A program made the translations under genes and the position numbers. The notes beneath the pieces are model-generated. The model ran no database searches. It worked only from the letters and a program-made list of their open reading frames with translations, and was not told the DNA's origin. DNA of 37,349 nt, from NCBI GenBank assembly GCA_018058165.1, contig JAGPCI010000002.1, positions 1 to 37,349 on the forward strand, read 5' to 3'. This DNA is from Bacteroidia bacterium (GTDB lineage Bacteria > Bacteroidota > Bacteroidia > UKL13-3). Shown here piece by piece: positions 16,729 to 24,872 of this stretch (position 1 is the first letter of the stretch; each line of letters starts with the position of its first letter).

Positions 16729-17290
16729 AAGTAAAGTGGTTTGAATTTGGGTTTGCCAACCATTCATTTAACGATTGTGCTTTTTTATCTTTTTCTGATA
16801 ATGTTGGATTTTCATCAGGCCATTTAATGCCAATTTCAGGGTCGTTAAATGCAATACCTGATTCTGCTAAATTGCTGTATAATCCTGTACATTTATATTG
16901 AATTTCGGCAAACTCACTCATGGTATAAAATCCTCTTGCAAAACCAGCTGGTGCCCAAACCATTTTCTGATTTTCAGCCGAAACAATTTCACCATACCAT
17001 TGACCTAATGTTGGCGAATTTTTTCTAATATCAACAGCTACTAAAAATGCTTCACCATAAGTTACACGCATTAACTTACCCATTGGCGGTTCCCATTGAA
17101 AATGTAATCCACGTAAAACGCCTTTTGATGAACGGGAGTGATTATCTTGAACAAATTCTAGCTCTAACCCTAATTCTTTAAATGCATCTTTACGGTATGT
17201 TTCCATAAAAAAGCCTCTTTCGTCTTTAAATATTTCCGGTTGTAGCACCATTAGTCCATTCAAGGCTTGATGTATCAGGTTTATTTTCAT
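16718..17290 (-). CDS. rfbC: dTDP-4-dehydrorhamnose 3,5-epimerase
   Basis: 190 aa with the motifs FKDERGFFMETY, GVLRGLHFQ and GFARGFYT. Confidence 0.9.
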   Translation of the reverse strand: MKINLIHQALNGLMVLQPEIFKDERGFFMETYRKDAFKELGLELEFVQDNHSRSSKGVLRGLHFQWEPPMGKLMRVTYGEAFLVAVDIRKNSPTLGQWYGEIVSAENQKMVWAPAGFARGFYTMSEFAEIQYKCTGLYSNLAESGIAFNDPEIGIKWPDENPTLSEKDKKAQSLNEWLANPNSNHFTYGK

Positions 17291-18329
17291 GTTGTTTGGT
17301 TGATTTAATTTGTGAGAAGGTTTTTATACCCTTTAAAAAATAGCTATATACTATGCTACCACTATACATGTATGGCAATATGCGTTTGTCGCTAACCTTA
17401 CGTTTTTGTTGTACTTCTTTACGTTTTTTAATAATTAAGCCAGTGTTTAATATCAACCAAATATGTGCAGTTAAAATAGCACGAATGGTAGTAAAATTAA
17501 ACTTAATCATGGCTTGCAAAATCACCACATAGTCTAAAAATATATGAATAGGTACAAAACGAATTACTTGTAACAATGCGTAATTTTTAAGCATGATGTA
17601 AATGGAATTACGGTGGTTCCAATATGTTTTTTTGAAACTTGCGGTAGTAATTGTACCGCCACCTATATGCCTAATAACTGATTTTGGTTGAACATATAAA
17701 CTGTATCCAGCTAAGCGTAATCTCCAGCATAAATCAATCTCATCCATATGATGCACAATTGTTTCATCTAACATGCCGCTTTCTTCTAATGCAGATTTGC
17801 GTAAAAACATTGCTGCACCACTAGTCCAAAATACTGGTGCAATATCTTCATATTGACCTTTATCTTCTTCAACCGTATCAAATATTCTTCCGCGTAAAAA
17901 AGGGTATCCAAATACATCAATCATTCCACCACTTCCGCCTGCATACTCAAAATGGGTAGGTTTGTTGTAGTCTAATAATTTGGGTTGAATAGCACCTATT
18001 CGCATATCCGATTCTGCAAGATTAACCATACTTTCAATCCAGTTTTTGGCTACTGTTACATCGTTGTTTAAGCAAATAATGTACTCGCCTGGGCAGGCTT
18101 TAAAAGCAAGGTTATAGGCTGCACAATACCCATTGTTTAAAGGGTTTTGAATGATTTTTACTTCGGGATATTTTTCAGTTACGTAGGCTACATCATCTTG
18201 GGTTGATGCATTATCAAGTAAGTAAACTTGTTTTTTGGCGTAAGAAGATTGTAAAACAGAGGTGATACATTCGTCTAAAAAGCGTTTGCCATTATGATTT
18301 AAAATTACAATATCTACTTCTGGTAACAT
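17226..18329 (-). CDS. Family 2 glycosyltransferase (rhamnosyltransferase-like) with C-terminal TM helices
   Basis: Motifs VDIVILNHNG, LDNAST, LNNDV and HMDEIDLCWR. The ORF-track start at 18350 is a TTG; the first ATG is at 18329. Confidence 0.8.
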   Translation of the reverse strand: MLPEVDIVILNHNGKRFLDECITSVLQSSYAKKQVYLLDNASTQDDVAYVTEKYPEVKIIQNPLNNGYCAAYNLAFKACPGEYIICLNNDVTVAKNWIESMVNLAESDMRIGAIQPKLLDYNKPTHFEYAGGSGGMIDVFGYPFLRGRIFDTVEEDKGQYEDIAPVFWTSGAAMFLRKSALEESGMLDETIVHHMDEIDLCWRLRLAGYSLYVQPKSVIRHIGGGTITTASFKKTYWNHRNSIYIMLKNYALLQVIRFVPIHIFLDYVVILQAMIKFNFTTIRAILTAHIWLILNTGLIIKKRKEVQQKRKVSDKRILPYMYSGSIVYSYFLKGIKTFSQIKSTKQHENKPDTSSLEWTNGATTGNI

Positions 18330-18377
18330 GCCTTGTTTATTAGGTAACAAAGCACGTATGTTTATATGGTCTATTTA

Positions 18378-18391
18378 TTGACCTGCGTCAA
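18378..18391 (-). promoter_or_regulatory. FNR/CRP-type box TTGAC-CTGC-GTCAA (perfect palindrome)
   Basis: It lies in the 74-95 nt gap between the Crp/Fnr gene and the GT2 gene. It is 26 nt from a TTTG (CAAA at 18348-18351 on plus), the same spacing as at the mbnP promoter. Confidence 0.55.
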
Positions 18392-18424
18392 TATTCCGAA
18401 TGATATAAGTCGGAGAAATATTGA

Positions 18425-19132
18425 TTAATCCTCGAGTTTCGCAATTGTAAATAATCGCTCGTAATCAACAATTTTTATGTATTTTTTGAAGAGTAAAATT
18501 ACTTTTTCATCGTCCCATTCGCGTAAAACCCTAACTGCAGTTTCTGTAGCCATTCCTGCAATACTGGCCATATCTTCTCGGGTTAATACAATGTTTATAA
18601 AGTTTTCGTTGTTTTTGCCAAACGATTTTTCAAGTAATAATAATGTTTCTGCTAATCGTGCTCGTGTGTCTTTTTGAATAAAGCTAACCGATTTATTCTC
18701 GGCCAAGCTTAAATCTTCGGCAAACCTCGACATAATTTCCATAGTAAACTTTATGTTCGATTTTATTAAATCAAATATGCGCTCTTTAGGAATAAAACAT
18801 ACAATCGAGTCTTCAATTGCAACACCAGAGGCAATGTAGTGTCCATCACCCAAAAGCCCCCTGTAGCCAATTAATTCACCATCTTTAGCTAGTCGTAAAA
18901 TTTGGGTACTTCCATCGTGCAATGTTTTGTAAAGTTTAATTTTGCCTTGGTGCACACAATGTAAACCCTTTGCTAAATCACCTTCATGAAAAATTAATTG
19001 ATTCTTTTTAACCCGGTGCGTTAGCTTATAGTCGTTTAAATCACTTAACTCATCTTTTTTTAAAGTGCAAAATGATGACAGGGCCATGTTTTGGCAGGTA
19101 GTGCAATCTATATTTTTTACAGGTTTTTTCAA
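18425..19132 (-). CDS. Crp/Fnr family transcriptional regulator with an N-terminal cysteine motif
   Basis: cNMP-binding-type beta-roll (IFHEGDLAKGLHCVHQGKIKLYK) and a C-terminal HTH with an FNR-like recognition helix (ATETAVRVLRE). N-terminal CTTCQNMALSSFC. The start codon is TTG at 19132-19130. Confidence 0.85.
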   Translation of the reverse strand: MKKPVKNIDCTTCQNMALSSFCTLKKDELSDLNDYKLTHRVKKNQLIFHEGDLAKGLHCVHQGKIKLYKTLHDGSTQILRLAKDGELIGYRGLLGDGHYIASGVAIEDSIVCFIPKERIFDLIKSNIKFTMEIMSRFAEDLSLAENKSVSFIQKDTRARLAETLLLLEKSFGKNNENFINIVLTREDMASIAGMATETAVRVLREWDDEKVILLFKKYIKIVDYERLFTIAKLED

Positions 19133-19265
19133 TTGTTGTTTAATGTTACAACATTAGTTAAATTTATTTAAAAATAATTTGTGAGCTAAATCAGTTTTGA
19201 TTTTCTTACACCTTTTTAGTATCTGTTTATTTGTTATATTTTGGCATTAATTAACAATTTTGTTT

Positions 19266-21230
19266 ATGATAAAAAATTTGGTAACTAGGCTTTGTGCTAT
19301 TGCTATTGTTGGTTGCATTACAATTAGTAATGTTATGGCGCAGCGTAATTTAGCTGACAGTTTAATTGGTATAACAAACGCTGTTTTACCAGATACCGTT
19401 AAATTAAATGCTTATTGTTTACTTTTTGAACAACCGTTGAAAGATACAACCATTAATTACGAGGAGTTGTTTGATAAGGCAATAATACTTGCAGACAGGG
19501 TAAAGCAAAAGAGCTATAAGGCGATGATATACAATAGCCTAGGTACTAAGCTAAAAAAGCAAGGTAAGCTTGACGAGGCGTTAGCTGCATATTTCATATC
19601 ATTAGAAATAAGCACCCAAATTGGTGATCAGAAATTCATGGCAATTAGCAATAATAATATCGCCAACTGCTATAATAATAAAGGAAAATATTTGAAAGCA
19701 ATTAGTCATTATCTTTATGCTTTAAAAATATTTGAACAAATAAAACTTCCTGCCAAAGCCGCTTCGGTAATGATGAGTATTGGAAATGTTTATGCCGACC
19801 AACGTTTGCCCAAAAAGGCTTTAGTTTATTATTTTAAATCGCTTAAAATTAAAAAAGAGCTTAACGACTCAAATGGGATTGCCTCTAATTTTGTAAACAT
19901 CGGATCTGTTTATGTAGATACAAAAGATTATGCAAAAGCATTAGCTGTTTTTAAACAAGCAAAAGCGATTTCTGAGCAAACAGGCTTTAAACGAGGCATG
20001 TTTGTTACATTAAATAACATTAGTGAAATTTATATTAAGCAAGGTAATTATAAAGATGCATTAAGCTACCAAATTAAGTCGCTTGAAATACGCAGAAATG
20101 ATGGAGAATTAATAGATATTGCTTTAGCATTAATTCAATTGGGTAATACTTATCTTGAGCTTAACCTACCAGCTTTAAGTTTGCAATATTTTAATGAAGC
20201 GGAGCTTATTAATGTAAAAGAAATTTCGTTTGAAAATGCTGCTGCACTTTATGATGGTTATGCTCGTTATTACGAAAAATTGGGTAACCCCACTAAATCT
20301 AATAGCTATTTGAGGTTATTTATTCAGTACAAAGATTCATTATATAATGAGAATAAACATAACCAAATAACAGAGTTAGAAACTAAATATCAAACAGAAA
20401 AGAAAGATTTAGAGATTAACGAGCAAGCATTAATAATAAAAAATGCAGCATTAGAGATTAGTAAGCGTAAAACGCAATTGCTAATTTTGCTTATTACAAT
20501 TGCCACAATTTTGTTACTGAGTTACCTCTTTTATAATAGGTATAAATTAAAACAAAAGGCTTTGCTTGATGCTGAGTTATTGCATCAACAAGAGGTAAGA
20601 AATAAAGCAATTATTGAGGCAGAAGAAAAAGAGCGAATAAGAATTGCTAAAGATTTGCATGACGGTGTTGGCCAACAATTAAGTGCTGTAAAAATGCACT
20701 TGTCGGTTTTGTCAGAAGAGAATACTTTAAAAAGTGTTCAAATGGATGATAAATTTAGTTTGCTATTATCCTTGGTTGACGATGCTGTAAAAGAAGTGCG
20801 TAGTGTTTCGCATAACATGATGCCAAATGCATTAATAACTAGTGGAATTAGTGCAGCTTTTAGGGAGTTTGTAAATAAAATTTCTACGGCTGGTTCGCTA
20901 AAAGTTGATTTGCAAATTGTAGGTTTAACCGAGCGATTAAATAGTAGTACCGAAACTGTTTTATACCGCGTATTGCAAGAGTGTGTTAGTAATATTGTAA
21001 AACACGCACAAGCAAATTACATTAGTATTCAACTTGTAAAACATAATAACCATTTAAATATGATTATTGAAGATAATGGAAAAGGATTTGATACTAAAAA
21101 TATAAATAGTTTTGAAGGTATTGGTTTAAAAAATATCATATCTAGGGTTCAGTTTTTAAATGGCTCGGTTGATTTTGATTCGTCTATTGGTAATGGAACA
21201 ACTGTAAATATTGAGATTCCATTGCAGTAA
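19266..21230 (+). CDS. TPR-repeat sensor histidine kinase (HisKA_3/NarL-partner class)
   Basis: Signal/anchor segment, about 8 TPR-like repeats, one TM (LLILLITIATILLLSYLFY), H-box AKDLHDGVGQQLSAV, N-box LQECVSNIVKHA, and DNGKGF / GIGLKNI. The ORF-track start at 19260 is a TTG; the ATG is at 19266. Confidence 0.85.
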   Translation: MIKNLVTRLCAIAIVGCITISNVMAQRNLADSLIGITNAVLPDTVKLNAYCLLFEQPLKDTTINYEELFDKAIILADRVKQKSYKAMIYNSLGTKLKKQGKLDEALAAYFISLEISTQIGDQKFMAISNNNIANCYNNKGKYLKAISHYLYALKIFEQIKLPAKAASVMMSIGNVYADQRLPKKALVYYFKSLKIKKELNDSNGIASNFVNIGSVYVDTKDYAKALAVFKQAKAISEQTGFKRGMFVTLNNISEIYIKQGNYKDALSYQIKSLEIRRNDGELIDIALALIQLGNTYLELNLPALSLQYFNEAELINVKEISFENAAALYDGYARYYEKLGNPTKSNSYLRLFIQYKDSLYNENKHNQITELETKYQTEKKDLEINEQALIIKNAALEISKRKTQLLILLITIATILLLSYLFYNRYKLKQKALLDAELLHQQEVRNKAIIEAEEKERIRIAKDLHDGVGQQLSAVKMHLSVLSEENTLKSVQMDDKFSLLLSLVDDAVKEVRSVSHNMMPNALITSGISAAFREFVNKISTAGSLKVDLQIVGLTERLNSSTETVLYRVLQECVSNIVKHAQANYISIQLVKHNNHLNMIIEDNGKGFDTKNINSFEGIGLKNIISRVQFLNGSVDFDSSIGNGTTVNIEIPLQ

Positions 21231-21385
21231 TTGATTGTATAAAATAGCTAATTGCTGTTTATTGATTTCACAAGGTATTTTGTTTACCTACAATTAGTGC
21301 TAATTTACCTATCAATTGCTGTTTAATTTATTGCGTAAATGTATTCTGTTAATTAAGCCGTAAAATTGCAGCCTTATTTTTACAG

Positions 21386-23131
21386 ATGAAAATACTACTT
21401 AATTACCTTAAAAGATATAAAAAGCTGGTAGCACTTTCGATGTTGTTTGCTACTATTAACCAAGTTTTTTCGTTATTAGACCCATTAATTTACGGTAAAA
21501 TAATCGACCAATATGCGCAACATGCAAGTGATTTTACCAAAGAGGAGTTTATAAAAGGAGCTGGATTATTAGTGCTTGCTGCAATTGGTGTGGCAATGGT
21601 TAGCCGTATAGCTAAAGCATTTCAAGATTATACCGTAAACCTAGTTATACAAAAACTTGGGGCCGATATTTATACCGATGGATTGCAACATACTTTGCAA
21701 GTTCCATTTAGCGAGTTTGAAGACCAACGCAGTGGCGAAACATTAAATATTTTACAAAAAGTACGTACCGATAACGAAAAGTTTATCATGAGCTTTATTA
21801 ATATTTTGTTTGCTTCGGTTGTGGGTATTGTGTTTGTAATGGTGTATGCAATTAACGTACATGGCGGTTTAATTGTAGCTTATGTTATCGCGGCTACTTT
21901 TCTAAGTATTATTACCAATTCTTTATCAAAACGAATAAAAAAAGTACAAACAAAAATTGTTAGCGAAACCCGCATTTTGGCAGGTAGTACAACAGAGAGT
22001 TTACGTAATATTGAGTTGGTTAAAAGTTTAGGATTAACTAATCAAGAAACTGAGCGATTAAATAGCACAACTAAAAAAATACTACAACTTGAGCTTAAAA
22101 AAGTGCGCGATATTAGGAGTATTTCTTTTGTGCAAGGCACATTGGTAAACTTACTTAGGCAAAGTATTTTGTTTATGTTATTGTATTTAATTTTTAACGG
22201 AGAGTTAAGTGTTGGAGAAATTATCACCTTACAGTTTTATTCGTTCTTTATTTTTGGACCATTACAAGAAGTAGGAAATGTAATTATTAGTTACCGTGAG
22301 GCCGAAGCTTCGTTAGTTAATTTTAAGCAATTAATGAGTATTCCATTAGAGCCAAAACCTACAAACCCGAAAGTTTTAGGAGCAATAGATAATATGCAGT
22401 TTGAAGATGTGGTGTTTAGGCACAAGTCTGCAAATTATGATGCGGTAAGTAAAATTAGTTTTAGCGTAAATAAAGGCGAAACCATTGCCTTTGTTGGCCC
22501 GAGTGGAAGTGGTAAAAGCACCTTAGTAAAATTGTTGGTTGGCTTGTATAGTCCTAAATCTGGGCAAATTTTGTACAATAATATTCCATCAACCCAAATA
22601 GATAAAGATGAATTACAACAACAACTTGGTTTTGTAACGCAAGATACACAACTGTTTTCGGGTACTATACGCGAAAATTTATTGTTTGTAAAACCAACCG
22701 CAACCAACCAAGAGTTAAATAAAGTATTAGAAATGGCGGCTTGTTTAAATATTGTAGAACGTAGCGAAAATGGCTTGGATACGGTAATTGGCGAAGGTGG
22801 AATGAAATTAAGCGGTGGCGAAAAACAACGGTTATCTATTGCACGTGCATTGCTCCGTAATCCACATATTATGGTGTTTGATGAGGCAACTTCGGCACTT
22901 GATTCTTTAACCGAAGAAGCAATTTCTGATACTATTAAAAAGATATCGCACACACGTGAAAATATTACCGTTTTAATTGCACATCGATTATCTACTATTA
23001 TGCATGCTCATAATATTTTTGTATTAGAAAAAGGAGAAGTAGTTGAGACAGGTAAGCACCAAGATTTACTGAATGAAAAAGGATTGTATTACGCCATGTG
23101 GAGACAACAAATTGGTGAACGTAGGAGCTAA
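21386..23131 (+). CDS. ABC transporter, fused permease/ATP-binding exporter (MsbA/MdlB-like)
   Basis: N-terminal six-TM domain, Walker A GPSGSGKST, signature LSGGEKQR and Walker B IMVFDEATSALD. Confidence 0.9.
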   Translation: MKILLNYLKRYKKLVALSMLFATINQVFSLLDPLIYGKIIDQYAQHASDFTKEEFIKGAGLLVLAAIGVAMVSRIAKAFQDYTVNLVIQKLGADIYTDGLQHTLQVPFSEFEDQRSGETLNILQKVRTDNEKFIMSFINILFASVVGIVFVMVYAINVHGGLIVAYVIAATFLSIITNSLSKRIKKVQTKIVSETRILAGSTTESLRNIELVKSLGLTNQETERLNSTTKKILQLELKKVRDIRSISFVQGTLVNLLRQSILFMLLYLIFNGELSVGEIITLQFYSFFIFGPLQEVGNVIISYREAEASLVNFKQLMSIPLEPKPTNPKVLGAIDNMQFEDVVFRHKSANYDAVSKISFSVNKGETIAFVGPSGSGKSTLVKLLVGLYSPKSGQILYNNIPSTQIDKDELQQQLGFVTQDTQLFSGTIRENLLFVKPTATNQELNKVLEMAACLNIVERSENGLDTVIGEGGMKLSGGEKQRLSIARALLRNPHIMVFDEATSALDSLTEEAISDTIKKISHTRENITVLIAHRLSTIMHAHNIFVLEKGEVVETGKHQDLLNEKGLYYAMWRQQIGERRS

Positions 23132-23496
23132 TTTATTATACGTTTAATAGCATTAAGGCGAGCCAATCAATAGCGGAAATATTACCTTTTGATGTTGTTG
23201 AACAAAACAGGCGTTCAAAAGAATTTATTAAACCTGTTTTCATTAATTTGAATGTCGTTATGATGATGTCAGAAAGTTGGAACTTTTGAAAAACTAAAAT
23301 TTTTAACCTTTTTTTAGTAGGTATATATTCATTTGCTTAATGAAGTTTGTGAAGGTTGGATTTTATTCTTTTAAATAAGCCAAAGTAATAAGTTTCTTAA
23401 ATGAATAATATACGCACCTCAATTTTATTAAATTTTAAATCGAAACCCTTTAATTGGTTTATATTCGCGGCCTTTAAAAATTGAACTAAACCGTAG

Positions 23497-24870
23497 ATGT
23501 ATCAAAAATATAAACCCTATTTTTTAAAAATATTAAAACTTAGTTACCCAATAATTATTGGGCAAATAGGTATTGTTTTGATGGGTGTTGCAGATATAGT
23601 AATGATTGGCAAACTTGATGCTACTAATCTAGCTGCCGCAGGTTTGGCCAATTCAGTGTATTTTATGGTTTCTATTTTTGGTATTGGTACCTTGTCTGCT
23701 GTTTCTCCATTAGTTGCTACAGCAAAAGGCGCGGGCCATAATAACGATTCCGCTTTATTGTTCCGTCAAACCATTTGGGCATCCTTAGCTTTAAGTGCGT
23801 TTATAGGTATTGCGTTATATATCCTCACCATTAACTTGCATTGGTTTGGCCAAAATAATGATGTAACTATTTTAACCATTCCTTATTTGCACTTACTTAA
23901 TTTAGGTACAGTATTTTTAATTTTATTTACGGGTGTAAAACAATTTAGCGATGGGTTGTCTATTACAAAACCTTCGGCAGTAATTACTGTAATTGGGCTT
24001 ATATTTAATGTGTTTGGCAATTGGGTGTTAATATATGGCAAGTTGGGTTTCCCTGAATTAGCGCTTAATGGTGCTGGTGTTGCTACTAGTTTAACCCGCA
24101 TGTTAATGGCTGTTGCTATGTTACTTTATGTGCTTTACAATAGCCGTTACAAAAAATGGTTACACCTTAAAGAGGTTGGCGAAGGTTGGCGCTTATTTAA
24201 ACAAATATTTTCTGTTGGATTGCCTTCGGGTATGCAATATTTTTTCGAAGTTGGAGCATTTGCTTCAGCAGCAATAATTATAGGTTGGTTTAGCAAAGAA
24301 CAATTGGCTGCACATCAAATAGCCATTAATTTGGCATCAGTAACGTATATGATTGCAACTGGTTTATCTGCCGGTGGCAGTATTGCTGTGGGCGATGCAC
24401 TTGGCCGTAAAAATAAACGCGATTTAAACTTGGCTGGCAGGGCGGCACTTATTATGGGGTTTGTTTTTATGGCTGCAACTGCACTGGTGTTTGCTGTATT
24501 TAATAATTTTTTTGTAGGTCTTTATATTAATGATGATTATGTGGGTGGCATGGCTGCCAACTTGTTGCTAATTGCCGCTTTGTTTCAATTAGGCGATGGT
24601 GTGCAATGTGTAAGTTTAGGCGTATTACGTGGTATTTCTGATACAAAAGTACCCACCCTAATTACTGTAGTTGCTTATTGGGTAATCGGTATTCCGTTTG
24701 GATGGATACTAGCAAAATATTTTAATTTAGAGTTGTATGGAATATGGTTTGGATTAACCTTAGGATTAACTTTTTCTGCTATCATGTTAAGTCTTCGTTT
24801 CTTAAAAGAATCGCGAGAAATTGATTTTGTTGCAGATGAAAAACAGCATTACCAGCAACTTGTTAAGTAG
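23497..24870 (+). CDS. MATE family efflux transporter
   Basis: 457 aa with about 12 TM helices. The N-terminus ILKLSYPIIIGQIGIVLMGVADIVMIGKL is typical of NorM/DinF-type proteins. Confidence 0.8.
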   Translation: MYQKYKPYFLKILKLSYPIIIGQIGIVLMGVADIVMIGKLDATNLAAAGLANSVYFMVSIFGIGTLSAVSPLVATAKGAGHNNDSALLFRQTIWASLALSAFIGIALYILTINLHWFGQNNDVTILTIPYLHLLNLGTVFLILFTGVKQFSDGLSITKPSAVITVIGLIFNVFGNWVLIYGKLGFPELALNGAGVATSLTRMLMAVAMLLYVLYNSRYKKWLHLKEVGEGWRLFKQIFSVGLPSGMQYFFEVGAFASAAIIIGWFSKEQLAAHQIAINLASVTYMIATGLSAGGSIAVGDALGRKNKRDLNLAGRAALIMGFVFMAATALVFAVFNNFFVGLYINDDYVGGMAANLLLIAALFQLGDGVQCVSLGVLRGISDTKVPTLITVVAYWVIGIPFGWILAKYFNLELYGIWFGLTLGLTFSAIMLSLRFLKESREIDFVADEKQHYQQLVK

Positions 24871-24872
24871 GT

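Noticed and set aside
18203-18217. TTGAT-GCATT-ATCAA with perfect FNR half-sites
   Set aside because: The spacer is 5 nt rather than 4, which puts the half-sites out of register. It also lies about 120 nt inside the GT2 coding region with no -7 element at the conserved spacing.
22435-22953. 172-aa minus-strand ORF inside the ABC transporter gene
   Set aside because: The plus frame carries the Walker A, signature and Walker B motifs across the same bases, so the antisense ORF is an accident of composition.
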